Counted from the first letter of the stretch, positions 10,266 to 20,365 are shown. The stretch: DNA of 64,000 nucleotides from Candidatus Sulfomarinibacteraceae bacterium (GCA_963714885.1 CAVQQV010000004.1:24779-88778); one strand, 5' to 3'. Translations and numbers: made by a program. Notes: generated from the letters alone by a model not told the origin.

Positions 10266-11014
10266 TGGTCATGACCTTCGTCTTCGGAGCGGTGGTGGGG
10301 AGCTTCCTCAACGTGTTGATCTACCGCCTGCCGAGGGACATCTCGGTGGTCAAAGACCCGCCGTCGACATGCCCGAAATGCGGCACCCCGATCCGGTGGT
10401 TCGACAATGTGCCGATTCTTTCGTGGCTTGCGCTCCGGGCCCGTTGCCGCACCTGCAAAAATCCGATCTCGATCCGTTATCCCCTGGTGGAGGCGGCGGC
10501 CGGCTGTTTGTCGGCTGCTCGCCCTGCTGCGGTGGGGCCTGACGGTGACGGGGGTCGAGGTGGCGGTCTTCGCGTGGGTTTCGCTCGCCCTCTGTCTGAT
10601 CGACTACGACCACCAGATTCTGCCCAACACCCTGACCTACCCGTCGATCCTCTTCGGGTTGGTGTGCTCTCTGCTGGGCGGGTACACGGGGTGGCTCGAC
10701 TCGGTGCTCGGCGCCGCCGTCGGCGCCCTGCTGCCCACCCTGGTGATCGTCATCTACAAGCTGTGGCGCGGCATCGAGGGCATGGGGTGGGGCGACGTCA
10801 AGTACCTGGCGGCCATCGGCTCGGTGGTCGGGCTGCATGGGGTGGTGGGCGTCCTCGTGATCGGGGCAACGGTGGGTGCGGTGTTCGGGCTCGGGCTGAT
10901 CGTTGCGGGCGGGGTCGGGGAAGACGACTCCCCTTCGGGACCTTCCTCGCGTTGGCCGTGATCTTCTGGCTCTACGCTCCGGCGTCCTGGCTTGCCTGGA
11001 CCACGCTGTTGTAG
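10238..11014 (+). CDS. pilD: type IV prepilin peptidase (A24 family), two apparent frameshifts (~10500, ~10920)
   Basis: MDWTHVPFVMVMTFVFGAVVGSFLNVLIYRLP, Cys box CPKCGTPIRWFDNVPILSWLALRARCRTCKNPI, and catalytic-Asp boxes IDYDHQILPN and GMGWGDVKYLAAIG. AGGAGG lies 8 nt upstream of ATG 10238. The middle part is in the frame of ORF 10407..10961, and the tail LPFGTFLALAVIFWLY is back in the first frame. Confidence 0.8.
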   Translation: MDWTHVPFVMVMTFVFGAVVGSFLNVLIYRLPRDISVVKDPPSTCPKCGTPIRWFDNVPILSWLALRARCRTCKNPISIRYPLVEAAAGCLSAARPAAVGPDGDGGRGGGLRVGFARPLSDRLRPPDSAQHPDLPVDPLRVGVLSAGRVHGVARLGARRRRRRPAAHPGDRHLQAVARHRGHGVGRRQVPGGHRLGGRAAWGGGRPRDRGNGGCGVRARADRCGRGRGRRLPFGTFLALAVIFWLYAPASWLAWTTLL

Positions 11015-11015
11015 G

Positions 11016-11203
11016 CCTTAGCCTGCATATCTCACCAGCGTCGACTGCGGCCGACGATGCATCCTACCCAGCCGTGTTTTCTCACCAGGGGGTGCTCAAC
11101 GTACTGCAGAGAGTACGCCTCCGCGCCCCCTGGTGAGAAAACCCGACTGGCCACGGCGCCTCGTCGCCCTCGTTACGAAACCCGGTGAGATATGCAGGCT
11201 AGG
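11016..11203. repeat. nested inverted repeat (outer arms 11020-11036 / 11184-11200; inner arms 11076-11092 / 11126-11142)
   Basis: Outer AGCCTGCATATCTCACC and inner GTTTTCTCACCAGGGGG each have a perfect 17-nt reverse complement. All four arms carry TCTCACC. The centre holds a mini-hairpin GTACTgcagagAGTAC (11101-11116). Confidence 0.9.
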
Positions 11204-12581
11204 ACTGCGTCCGCAAGCACTCGATCCTGGTCGGGGAAGACCGAGCGCAGGTCGAGCACCACCTCGTCGTTCTCGATCCTCCCGATCACCGCGGGAGAGG
11301 TCGCCCGCAGCCGATCCGCCAGGCTCTGACCTCCCGGTCAGACGAGAGCCCATAGCTGGCGATAGTCTCTTCCGGGGTGGTGCCGCCACCGAGAGCGGCG
11401 CGGGTGGCGCGCCCACGGGCCGGGACGCCGGCTGATCGCAGTCGGCGACCGATGGCTCGAGCGCGGTTCTTCAGGCTCTCCAGTGGCGCGCCGAGCATGG
11501 CGTACAGGGGAATCTCGTCGAGCCGGCCGCTCACGTGCGACGCCAGCACCTCGTCCATCAGGACCAGGGCCGTCTTGTCAGGCCGCAGCGCGCGATACAA
11601 GGGATGGCGGGCAAGCGGTGCGACCTGTTCGGCGCTGCCGACGATGAGGCCCGCCTGCGGACCGCCGAGGAGCTTGTCGCCCGAGAAACACACTGCGTCG
11701 GCGCCGGCGCCGAGGAGATCGCCCACCGTCTCCTCGTGGGGCAAGCCCCACCGGCGGAGATCGTGGAGGGCCCCCGAGCCCTGATCGACAAAGAGCGGCA
11801 GACCGTGTGCGTGCGCGAGCTCGGCAAGCTCCGCGGTCGTTGGTTCACTGGTAAAACCGACGATGCGGAAGTTGGACTGGTGAGCGACAAGAATGGCCGC
11901 AGTGTGCTCATTGACCGCCGCGGCGTAGTCTTTGAGATGGGTGCGGTTGGTGCAGCCGACTTCCACCAATTTTGCGCCGGCGGCGGACATGACGTCGGGC
12001 AGGCGGAAGGAGCCCCCGATCTCGATCAACTGCCCGCGGGAGACGATCACCTCGCGGTCGCGGGCGTGGGCGAGGAGCATCAGAAAGAGTGCGGCCGCAT
12101 TGTTGTTCACCATCACCGCGCTGGCGGCGCCGCAGACGGCGGCGATCCGTTCGGCGATCGGCGCCAGACGCTGGCCCCGGCTTCCAGCGGTGACGTTGTA
12201 CTCCAGGGCAAGGTATGATTTGAGTGATGGCGGCAGGTCTCGCCGCAGTGGGGCCCGGCCGAGATTGGTGTGCAGGAGCACGCCGGTGGCGTTGATCAGT
12301 GCGGGATAGGCCGGGTCGCCGGCGGTTCTCAGAGCGTCGAGGATTTCGCGTTCGAGGGCGTCACCGGGATCGTTGGTCGCATTCCCGGACACCTCGCCGG
12401 CGGCGACTCGCTGGCGGAGCCGGTCGACTGCGGAGCGACAGGCCTCGGTAACGGCTGAATGGCCGTAACGATCAGCGGCGGCGCGGAGGGCAGGAAGGTC
12501 GAGCAGGGCATGAACCGCGGGGATGTTTCGGTATTGGTTTTCCACAAAGCTCATTCTAACCCGGGCGTGTCGGGGAGGCAT
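11173..12581 (-). CDS. selA: L-seryl-tRNA(Sec) selenium transferase, one apparent frameshift near the 3' end (~11335)
   Basis: NATGVLLHTNLGRAPL, VNNNAAALFL, SRGQLIEIGGSFRLPDVM and FSGDKLLGGPQAG (PLP-Lys box). The track ORF stops at 11286, but the conserved C-terminal block GGQSLADRLRATSPAVIGRIENDEVVLDLRSVFPDQD is present one frame over and ends at TAA 11173-11175. Start ATG 12581 or ATG 12554. Confidence 0.85.
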
Positions 12582-12583
12582 CG

Positions 12584-13128
12584 GTGGAGCTGAGCGAAGA
12601 GATCGCCTATCTCGATCGGGTCCTGCAGGAGCACATCCGCAAGTGGGATCGTTTCTTCGCGGGTGTGGAGAAGGTCCCCCCGCAGATCGAGCGGGAACGT
12701 CTCAGTCACCGCATCCGGATGCTTTCCGAGCAGACTATGAACCGCCGTGCCGATCATTTCCGGGTCGAACAGCTGCAGCACCGGTTCCAGACCTACTCCA
12801 TGAACTGGGAACGGATGCTGCGGGAGCGCGAGGAGGGGCGCAGCGCCAGCGGCCACACCAATCCAGCCCTGCGAGCGCCCGAGGTGACAAACGCTCCCGC
12901 CCCGCCGGCCGTACAAGGAACGGACAGAGGACGCTCTGTTCGATCGCTATCGCGAGGCCAAGATGGCACACGGGTATCGACGTCAAGGTCGACCGCAAGA
13001 CCTTCGATGCGCAGATCGCGTCGCAACGGCAGCGGATCGAGGAACGACTGGGACGAAAGGTCCGTTTCGAGGTCCAGGTCGAGGGTGATAAGGTCAGGGT
13101 CGTTGCTAGGAAGATCAAAAGGACATAA
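12584..13128 (+). CDS. conserved hypothetical protein (helical N-part, KVRFEVQVEGDKVRVVARK C-terminal domain), two apparent frameshifts (~12905, ~12975)
   Basis: GTG 12584: MELSEEIAYLDRVLQEHIRKWDRFFAGVEKVPPQIERERLSHRIRMLSEQ.... Then YKERTEDALFDRYREAKMAHG in the third frame, then IDVKVDRKTFDAQIASQRQRIEERLGRKVRFEVQVEGDKVRVVARKIKRT (frame of ORF 12523..13128). It resembles a myxobacterial/acidobacterial hypothetical family from memory only. Confidence 0.45.
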
Positions 13129-13133
13129 CGGGA

Positions 13134-14078
13134 TGGGTACATCGAATCGAGTCGCCGTCGGGATGCTGTGTGTGTTCGTGGTCGTTGCCTGCGCCGCGGT
13201 TCGCGCCGGGTCGGCGACCGACGAGCCGACGTTTCCGAGTTGGCTGGTTGCGGACGACCCCGGAGACGAGACGATCCGGTATTTCTGGGAGCGCGCCGAC
13301 CGTGGCGAGCTCGATGCCACCGGTCTGGTGGATCTCGGGACCTTGATCTTCGACCGCGGCCACCCCGACGAGGCCATCGACTTTTATAAACAGGCCCTCA
13401 AGCTCGACCCCGAGATGTACGAGGCGTGGTTCCGGATCGGCCTCGTCGAACACTACCGGGGCGACCTCAACAACGCCGAGCAGGCCTACAGCCGTTGTTT
13501 GAAGAAACGCCCGGGGCACGCCTGGTGCAACTTCTATTACGGCCTGCTCGAGGAAGAGCTCGGTCACACGACGAAGGCCCTGGAGCATTACGAACAGGCC
13601 TTCCAGGAGGCCCCACGGCTCGCCGACCCTGCCTTCAATCCCGAAGTCATGTCGTCGCAGTTGGCGCTGGGCGCTTGGTTGCGCTCACTACGACCAGGAC
13701 AGGTTCGACCAGAATATTCCCATGCGCTACCTCCGGCCGGACGAGCTTAACGAGGTCCGCAAGTCCTTTGCGGGGCAAGCGGAACCGGACCCGGCGCCGA
13801 CAGCGGGGCCCGATCCCGAGCCGTCGGCAGTGATCGCGGCCCCCATGGTGCAACCGACCCCGCCGGCGGTGTCGCCCGCACCGGCGCCTGCGCCGCCCGC
13901 CCGCCGCGTGCCCACCCGTCCGCCGGCAGCGCCGGCGCCCACTGGAAGCGAGACCGAGAATTCGGGTGGTGAAACGCCCTATGGTGTGCCTCTGGCGCCG
14001 ATTGCCAACACCTCGGATGAGGCGCACCTCCTGCCCGGGTGGACCCGGCTGTTCCGTCTGAGTGAAGCTCTGATCTAG
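13134..14078 (+). CDS. secreted/lipoprotein-like TPR repeat protein with Pro/Ala-rich tail, one apparent frameshift (~13685)
   Basis: Signal-like MGTSNRVAVGMLCVFVVVACAAV. TPR units (AIDFYKQALKLDPEMYEAWFRIGLVEHYRGDLNNAEQAYSRCLKKRPGHAWCNFYYGLL, ALEHYEQAFQEAP). The tail continues in ORF 13722..14078. Confidence 0.6.
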
Positions 14079-14088
14079 ACCGCGTTTC

Positions 14089-15165
14089 TCAGACGTTGAA
14101 ACGGAAGTGCACGACCTCGCCGTCCCGGACGAGGTAGGTCTTGCCCTCGAGCCGCAGGGTCCCGCGCTGCCGGCATGTGGCCAGCGAACCGGCGTCGATC
14201 AACTCCTCGTACGGCACCACCTCGGCGCGGATAAAGCCGCGCTGGATGTCGGAGTGGATCACGCCACCGGCCTCGACCGCCGGCGTACCGGCGCGGATCG
14301 ACCAGGCCCGACATTCGTCGTCGCCGACGGTGAAGAAGGAAATCAAGCCCAACAGCCGGTAGGAGTCGCGGATCACCCGGTCGAGCGCCCTCTCCTCGAG
14401 GCCGAGGTCGGCCATAAAGGCGGCGGCATCATCGCCATCGAGTTCGGCGAGCTCTCCCTCGAGGGTGGCGCAGACCCAGGTCAGGGCGACGCCGGGTCGG
14501 GCTCCCCACTCCTGCCATGCGGCGGCAGCGAATGGATCGCCGGCAAGATCGTCCTCGCCCACGTTGAGCACGACCAGCATCGGTTTGAGCGACAAAAAGG
14601 TGAAACCTCGGAGCACCCGTTCCTCGTCGGCGGTGAAGCTCTCCACCCGCAGCGGCGTTGACGCCTCGAGCACCTCGAGACAGCGGGCGAGGATCTCGCG
14701 CTCCCGGGCCAGGTCAGGGCTCTTTCGTTTTGCGAGATCGCGGTCGATGCGTTCCAGGCGGCGCTCGATCACCATCTGGTCCTGGAGGATGAACTCCTCG
14801 TCGATGTGATGGAGATCGCGTAGCGGATCCACCTCACCCATGGGGTGGGCGATGGAGTCACTCGCGAATGCCCGGACAACGACCATCAACACATCGGTGG
14901 CCCGCAGCTCGGGAAGGCTGAAGGCCGCTTCGTGGCGGTGCTCCTCCGGGATTCCCGGCACGTCCACATAGCGCACCGTGGCGGGGGTGGTCTTTGCCGG
15001 GTTGTACATCTCGGTCAGCACATCGAGCCTGGGGTCCGGGACGCGAGCGATGCCGATCTGGGCGCTGTCACGGCGGCCGCCGGCCGTAGCCGGTTCCTGG
15101 CCGGTGAGCAGTTTGAAAAGGGTCGACTTGCCGCTTGCCGCAAGCCCCAGAATACCGACGTCCAT
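14089..15165 (-). CDS. ychF: redox-regulated ATPase YchF (Obg-like GTPase family)
   Basis: Intact 358-aa ORF. P-loop GILGLAASGKSTLF, VDVPGI, and the C-terminal TGS-like block FIRAEVVPYEELIDAGS...RLEGKTYLVRDGEVVHFRFNV. Confidence 0.85.
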   Translation of the reverse strand: MDVGILGLAASGKSTLFKLLTGQEPATAGGRRDSAQIGIARVPDPRLDVLTEMYNPAKTTPATVRYVDVPGIPEEHRHEAAFSLPELRATDVLMVVVRAFASDSIAHPMGEVDPLRDLHHIDEEFILQDQMVIERRLERIDRDLAKRKSPDLAREREILARCLEVLEASTPLRVESFTADEERVLRGFTFLSLKPMLVVLNVGEDDLAGDPFAAAAWQEWGARPGVALTWVCATLEGELAELDGDDAAAFMADLGLEERALDRVIRDSYRLLGLISFFTVGDDECRAWSIRAGTPAVEAGGVIHSDIQRGFIRAEVVPYEELIDAGSLATCRQRGTLRLEGKTYLVRDGEVVHFRFNV

Positions 15166-15220
15166 AGGATGCTCCAGTTTTTGGCGTACTCAGCCAAAGA
15201 CGGGTCACGATAGCACGATG

Positions 15221-15281
15221 CAGCGACAGCGGCTGTCACCAGGGTCAGCAACAGGTTGCAGCGGCAGCGACCGCGACAGCC
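15221..15281. repeat. left arm of interrupted inverted repeat flanking four-helix-bundle gene 1
   Basis: CAGCGACAG (15221-15229) and CAGCGACCGCGACAGCC (15265-15281) are exact reverse complements of 15923-15931 and 15882-15898, in nested order. They are embedded in GC-rich low-complexity sequence (ACNGCN period). Confidence 0.85.
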
Positions 15282-15377
15282 ACCGCCACAGGCACCGCCA
15301 CAGCGGCTGCGCTCGGGTACAGCGACCGTGGCACGGTCACCTCCGGGTCGTTCAAATCGGTTGAGTAGCCGGTGGGC

Positions 15378-15437
15378 AGCCGATGTCAAGGGCAAGCCGG
15401 ACTCGGAGCCCGGTGCGGTGCACCCTTGACATCGGCT
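15378..15437 (+). other. 15-bp perfect hairpin (AGCCGATGTCAAGGG ... CCCTTGACATCGGCT, 30-nt loop) just upstream of four-helix-bundle gene 1
   Basis: Arms 15378-15392 and 15423-15437 are exact reverse complements. The structure ends 24 nt before ATG 15461 and 45 nt before ATG 15482. Confidence 0.85.
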
Positions 15438-15481
15438 ACCTCACCGGCTCAAGAGAGGGCATGAACGACCCGGAGGTGACC

Positions 15482-15838
15482 ATGTCCAACGCCCTCGCCA
15501 ACACCAAACTCATCGCCCACGAGAAGGCTCTTGCGGCAGCTGGTGATGCCATTTCGCTCGTCCTGCGGGTGCCGGCTCCCCTCAAGTCGATTGCCGATCA
15601 GGTGATCCGCTCTGCGAGTTCCGTCCCGGCCAACCTCGCCGAAGGCCACGGCCGGTCCGGACGCGATCGGGTGCACTTCTGGAGGATTGCCTACGCATCG
15701 GCCAAAGAGGTCGACAGCCACCTGCGACTTCTGGAACGAGCTGGGGCCGTCAACACCGGTAAAGCCGAGAAAGTGCTCGAGACACTCGATCAGGTCCGCG
15801 CCATGACCTGGCGGCTTATCAACCCGAAGACTGAATGA
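15482..15838 (+). CDS. four-helix-bundle protein (23S rRNA intervening-sequence protein / Avd-like family)
   Basis: MSNALANTKLIAHEKALAAAGDAISLV...SVPANLAEGHGRSGRDRVHFWRIAYASAKEVDSHLRLLERAG. It shares the (A/S)N(L/I)AEGxGR...A.(A/G)S..E signature and ~120-aa size with the copy at 31537..31899. GGAGG lies 5 nt upstream of ATG 15482 (alternative ATG 15461; track start 15383 unlikely). Confidence 0.7.
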   Translation: MSNALANTKLIAHEKALAAAGDAISLVLRVPAPLKSIADQVIRSASSVPANLAEGHGRSGRDRVHFWRIAYASAKEVDSHLRLLERAGAVNTGKAEKVLETLDQVRAMTWRLINPKTE

Positions 15839-15881
15839 CCACGACTCCGTACCGGGGCCGGTCGCCGTCGCCGGCTGCTGA

Positions 15882-15931
15882 GGCTGTCGCGGTCGCTGAA
15901 TCCTGTTCCTGCCTCTGTCAACTGTCGCTGT
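15882..15931. repeat. right arm of interrupted inverted repeat flanking four-helix-bundle gene 1
   Basis: GGCTGTCGCGGTCGCTG (15882-15898) and CTGTCGCTG (15923-15931) are reverse complements of the left-arm cores. Confidence 0.85.
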
Positions 15932-15991
15932 CCCCGCCGCTGGCATCGACTCGTATCAGCGCGCGCTTCTCGATGGGGCGGGTGGCCGGAA

Positions 15992-16026
<35 letters not shown>

Positions 16027-16029
16027 GTT

Positions 16030-17385
16030 TCACCCCACCACGGGCTGGCGGCGGACGAGGATCGACGGCGCGCCGATGAATCCCTGATGGGTCTGAAACC
16101 ACCGGCGGTCGTTGCCCACCGCCTCGATGCGGCGCAGGAGCTGCCCGAGGCTGCCCTGAAGCTCGACCACCGGGTGCCAACCGCGGACCCGCGGGCCGTC
16201 GAGCCAGACGCCGGAGGCAATCATCCGGTAGGTGTCGGCGGCAAAATCGACCTCGATCTCGGACAACGGCCGCAGGAGGTAGAGGGCGTGGTCGGCCGAA
16301 CCCAGAAGCTGGGCCGCGGCCACTCCGGCGCGGGAGTCCACCACCAGGTTGGCGGCGCCGGTGGATGGGTAGTCGCGGTAGGACACCCTCAGAGCGCCTC
16401 CGCGTGCGGGTTCCGAGCAGCGCGTTGCGTCGCGAAACGACGCCAATCGGTAGCGCGGGATTCCTTCGTCGAGGAGGACCGTCCGGCGGGAGGGAAAGCC
16501 CTCGCCGTCGCAGGGCCCGGTGATCGGGGCCTCCGGATCACAGCGGTCGTCGACCAACGTCAACGCCGGCCCCGCCAGTCGTCCGTGGGCATCCAGCAGA
16601 GCGGACAAGTGGTCCTCTTCTTCGCGAACCGCCACGAACAGCGGCGAGATGGCGGCCAGCAGTTGGGCCGCGACCTCGGGGTGGAGAATCAGATCGCGCA
16701 GACCGGAGTCGGTGGCGACGCGGCGCCGGATGAGCAGCGCGCGGTCGGTGATCTGCGCCGCCGCCGCCTCGATGTCGAAGGTCTGGGGATCGCTGATGTG
16801 AAGCCAATCACGCCACACGCCCGCCCGTTCGCCCACCACCTCCACCTCGGCCATGAGCGAGGTGGTGGCGTCCTGATGCCGGGCGACCCAGCCGTCGCCG
16901 GTGACCAGGACCCAGGCGTAGTTGCCCTCCTGCAGCACCGCGCGGCGCAGCCGCAGGTGTCCTGAGCCCAGGCTCGCCACCGCCCGATCGAGCTCTTGAC
17001 CGGCGTGGGTCGCCCACCCCTTCGCCGGCAACTCGCGCGCTGCCCGGGTCTCGGTCAGACCGAGCAGGCGCTCCGGCGGCAGGGGGTCGGCCGCGAGCGG
17101 TGTCGCGGTCGAAAGGGCGGCGTTGATTGCACGCCGGGAAGCGTCCTCTTCGAGCCCGGATGCGGCGGAAAAGCCGGCCCGGTTGTCGTCCCAGACCCTG
17201 ATTCCGACCCCGGTCTCCTCGATCTCGAGGACCCGCAGCGGCTGGCCCGAGGCGACCGCGACCTCGCGCGACATCGACGCCTTCGCGAAGACCTCCCAGC
17301 GGGCGGTGCCGGCGGCTTCGAGCCGGGTGCGGGCGGCGGCGGCTGTCGCGTGGAGACGATCGAGATGATCGGAGCCTTGGCTCAC
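16030..17385 (-). CDS. pmbA: PmbA/TldE-type metalloprotease modulator subunit
   Basis: TldD/PmbA-family sequence without the HExxH box (…GVGIRVWDDNRAGFSAAS…, C-terminal …GVWLDGPRVRGWHPVVELQGSLGQLL). The likely start GTG 17385 overlaps the tldD stop (GTGA). The Arg/Pro-rich first 69 aa of the track ORF look non-coding. Confidence 0.7.
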   Translation of the reverse strand: MSQGSDHLDRLHATAAAARTRLEAAGTARWEVFAKASMSREVAVASGQPLRVLEIEETGVGIRVWDDNRAGFSAASGLEEDASRRAINAALSTATPLAADPLPPERLLGLTETRAARELPAKGWATHAGQELDRAVASLGSGHLRLRRAVLQEGNYAWVLVTGDGWVARHQDATTSLMAEVEVVGERAGVWRDWLHISDPQTFDIEAAAAQITDRALLIRRRVATDSGLRDLILHPEVAAQLLAAISPLFVAVREEEDHLSALLDAHGRLAGPALTLVDDRCDPEAPITGPCDGEGFPSRRTVLLDEGIPRYRLASFRDATRCSEPARGGALRVSYRDYPSTGAANLVVDSRAGVAAAQLLGSADHALYLLRPLSEIEVDFAADTYRMIASGVWLDGPRVRGWHPVVELQGSLGQLLRRIEAVGNDRRWFQTHQGFIGAPSILVRRQPVVG

Positions 17386-18683
17386 AAGACCTCCAGGCGA
17401 TCCACCAGCAGGCTCGGCGCCTCGGACCCGGTGGGCAGGGGCACGCCGTCCTTGACGCACCATCCGAGCCGCCAGTCGGGGGTCGGGTCGTCGCCGATCC
17501 GTGGATCGATGTTGGCGAGGCTTTCGAGAACGTTGCCGGTGAGCTCGCACGGGGCCAGGGGCCGGCGGCGGCGGCCGTGTCGCACCTCCCACCCGCGTTC
17601 GACCTTGAGCACTATGCGCAACGACACCGGGTCAACTCTCGCACCGCCGACCCGCGTTACCACAAGCCCGTGCTCGAGGTCGGCTTCGAGATCCTGGGGG
17701 CGCGTGGCCCCGGCGGTGATGACCAGGTTCGACAGGCGCGCGACCGGCGGCAGGGACCACACAGCGCGCCGCCCGCGTCCAGCGTCGCAGCGCAAACCGC
17801 GGCCGCCTTCCCGGTCGCACAGAAAGCTCTCGAACCGGCCGTTCCGGATGAGCGTGACAGGTGCTGCGCGCACTCCCTCGTCGTCGTAGTCGAAGCTGCC
17901 GGGGAGGTCGGTTCGGGAGGGATCGTCGATGACCTCGAGCCCTGGCGAGCTCACCGCTGCCCCGAGCAACTCCGAGAACGGCGACCCGCCGGCTCTCGCC
18001 AGGTCCGACTCGGCCATGTGGCCGACCGCCTCGTGGAGAAAGATGCCGGCGGTGCCATCGGTGAAGAGAACCGGCAGCCGCGTGCCGGCCGGCGCCGCCC
18101 AGGTCTTGGTGGGATTCCCCTCGAGCAGCCGTTCGATCCAGGAGCCCAACCGGGGATGGCCCCACACCGCCAGCAGGGCCGACGACGTTTCCCCCCGGCG
18201 CTCCACCCTGACCAGTGCAGGGGTCGAAATCGGTGTCCAACCCTCAGCGCGGACGACGGCCGCGCGCCGGCTGATATAGCGGACCACGCCGTGAAACGCC
18301 GCCAACTGTTGTGCCAGATTGCGGGCCCAGTCCTTCCAGGCTCGTGGGGGGTCCATCTCGGGCGCGGGGATCAACCGCGTCGACGGCATCGGCACACGGT
18401 CGGCGTGGCGGGCGAGCAACTCGCCGATCGCAGCCGTCGAGATCCCGGTTCGGGCAGAAAGTATCACCCGGGAAGGCGACCGCCAGCGCGCAGCCACGCC
18501 CTCGAGGCGACAGGTCTCGATCTCCAGCTCGCCGCCTGTGACCGCCACCTTCAGTTCCAGGCGCTGCTCGAGGTACAGATCCTCGAAACGGGCGCCGCCA
18601 CCTCGCAGCTCGCCGCAGTTTTCTGACAGGAGGTCCAGCCATCTCGCGTCAAGCGGTGGTTCGGGTCGCGGTTGGCCTCGCAT
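17382..18683 (-). CDS. tldD: TldD-type zinc metalloprotease
   Basis: [13 protein letters not shown] metal-binding box, [27 protein letters not shown]. Start ATG 18683 ([15 protein letters not shown]...) is chosen because upstream track-ORF residues overlap the divergent pccB leader. Confidence 0.75.
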   Translation of the reverse strand: MRGQPRPEPPLDARWLDLLSENCGELRGGGARFEDLYLEQRLELKVAVTGGELEIETCRLEGVAARWRSPSRVILSARTGISTAAIGELLARHADRVPMPSTRLIPAPEMDPPRAWKDWARNLAQQLAAFHGVVRYISRRAAVVRAEGWTPISTPALVRVERRGETSSALLAVWGHPRLGSWIERLLEGNPTKTWAAPAGTRLPVLFTDGTAGIFLHEAVGHMAESDLARAGGSPFSELLGAAVSSPGLEVIDDPSRTDLPGSFDYDDEGVRAAPVTLIRNGRFESFLCDREGGRGLRCDAGRGRRAVWSLPPVARLSNLVITAGATRPQDLEADLEHGLVVTRVGGARVDPVSLRIVLKVERGWEVRHGRRRRPLAPCELTGNVLESLANIDPRIGDDPTPDWRLGWCVKDGVPLPTGSEAPSLLVDRLEVL

Positions 18684-18764
18684 GCTGACATGGTACCTGT
18701 ACCGCAGGCCACGGTAGAATGCACGGGGCCCCAGCTTTGCAGGCTGGGCCCCGAGGGAGGTCCC

Positions 18765-20312
18765 ATGAGCCGCGAGGTCGTTGAACGTCTTCAGAAGCGG
18801 CTGGCCGCCAACCGACGCGGTGGCGGTGAGGACAAGATCGAACGCCAGCACCAGCAGGGCAAGCTGACGGCCCGCGAGCGCGTCGAGCAATTTCTCGACG
18901 AGGGCACCTTTGCGGAGACCGACGCCATGGTCGAGCACGGGTGCACCGACTTCGGCATGGCCGACCGCCGGACCCCCGGCGACGGTGTGGTCGCGGGACA
19001 CGGCCGGGTCAACGGCCGCCCGGTCTTTGTCTTCGCCCAGGATTTTACGGTGTTCGGCGGGTCACTGTCCGAGGCCAACGCTGCCAAGATCTGCAAGATC
19101 ATGGATCTGGCCATGAAGGTGGGGGCGCCGGTGGTCGGGCTCAACGACTCTGGCGGCGCCCGCATCCAGGAGGGTGTGGCCTCTCTGGCAGGTTACGCGG
19201 ACATTTTCCTGCGCAACACCCTCGCCTCGGGAGTGGTGCCGCAGATCTCGGCGATCATGGGTCCCTGCGCGGGCGGTGCGGTCTACTCACCGGCGATCAC
19301 AGACTTCGTCTTCATGGTCGAGGACACCTCCTATATGTTCGTCACCGGGCCGGAGGTCATCAAGACCGTAACCCACGAAGAGGTCACCAAGGAGAAGCTG
19401 GGCGGCGCCATGACGCACAACTCGGTTTCCGGCGTGGCCCACTTCGCTTCAAGGGGCGACACCGAGTGTCTCGCCCTCATCCGGCGCCTGCTGTCGTTTC
19501 TGCCTTCCAACAACTCCGAGCGACCACCGGTCGCGGAGAGTTCGGATCCCCTCGACCGCGAGATCCCGGAACTCGACGACTTCGTCCCGGCCGACCCCAA
19601 CAAGCCCTACGACATCACCAGGCTGATCCGGTGGGCGGCCGACGACGGCGATTTCCTGGAGGTCCACGAACACTTCGCGAAAAACCTGGTAGTCGGCTTC
19701 ATCCGTCTCGGCGGCCACCCGGTCGGGGTCATCGCCAACCAACCGGCGTTTCTCGCGGGGGTCCTCGACATCAACGCCTCGGTCAAGGGCGCGCGGTTCG
19801 TCCGTTTCTGCGATGCCTTCAACATCCCGCTGTGGATCGTCGAGGACGTGCCGGGCTTTCTGCCGGGGACCGAACAGGAGTGGGGCGGCATCATCCGCCA
19901 CGGCGCCAAGCTCCTCTTCGCCCTCGCCGAGGCCACGGTCCCCAAGGTCACCGTCATCACCCGCAAGGCCTATGGCGGCGCTTACTGCGTCATGGGTTCC
20001 AAGCACATCCGCACCGATCTCAACCTCGCCTTTCCGACCGCAGAGATCGCGGTCATGGGCCCGCAGGGGGCCGTCAACATCCTCTACCGCGACGAGATCG
20101 CCGGGGCCGCCGACCCCGAAGCCGAGCGCGCACGGCGGGTGGCGGAGTACCAGGAGCTTTTTGCCAACCCCTTCGTGGCCGCCGAGCGCGGCTATATCGA
20201 CGATGTCATCGTGCCAAGAACTCTGCGGCGAAACCTGGTGTCCGCCTTTGCCATGTTGCAGACCAAACGCGACACCATGCCGGCGAAGAAGCACGGCAAC
20301 ATCCCTTTGTAG
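18765..20312 (+). CDS. pccB: acyl-CoA carboxylase carboxyltransferase (beta) subunit, propionyl-/methylmalonyl-CoA type
   Basis: [13 protein letters not shown]...[18 protein letters not shown]...[14 protein letters not shown]...[14 protein letters not shown]...[16 protein letters not shown]...[14 protein letters not shown]..., ending in the canonical [16 protein letters not shown] lies upstream of ATG 18765. Confidence 0.9.
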   Translation: MSREVVERLQKRLAANRRGGGEDKIERQHQQGKLTARERVEQFLDEGTFAETDAMVEHGCTDFGMADRRTPGDGVVAGHGRVNGRPVFVFAQDFTVFGGSLSEANAAKICKIMDLAMKVGAPVVGLNDSGGARIQEGVASLAGYADIFLRNTLASGVVPQISAIMGPCAGGAVYSPAITDFVFMVEDTSYMFVTGPEVIKTVTHEEVTKEKLGGAMTHNSVSGVAHFASRGDTECLALIRRLLSFLPSNNSERPPVAESSDPLDREIPELDDFVPADPNKPYDITRLIRWAADDGDFLEVHEHFAKNLVVGFIRLGGHPVGVIANQPAFLAGVLDINASVKGARFVRFCDAFNIPLWIVEDVPGFLPGTEQEWGGIIRHGAKLLFALAEATVPKVTVITRKAYGGAYCVMGSKHIRTDLNLAFPTAEIAVMGPQGAVNILYRDEIAGAADPEAERARRVAEYQELFANPFVAAERGYIDDVIVPRTLRRNLVSAFAMLQTKRDTMPAKKHGNIPL

Positions 20313-20365
20313 GAATTTTGAGTTTTGAATTATGAATTTTGAATTAGGAAATCCACCCACCCGCC
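20313..20365. repeat. heptamer array (AATTTTG-like x4.5) followed by GGAAATCCACCCACCCGCC; paralogous to 39579-39635
   Basis: gaattttg agttttg aattatg aattttg aatt aggaaatccacccacccgcc starts at the first base after the pccB TAG stop. It aligns by eye with the module after fabG. Confidence 0.9.

Noticed and set aside
15482-15838. Presence of '23S rRNA intervening sequence protein' genes as evidence for an rRNA operon in the window
   Set aside because: The flanks are ordinary protein-coding genes (ychF/pmbA; phosphodiesterase/VWA), and no rRNA-like sequence was recognised. The family name is historical.
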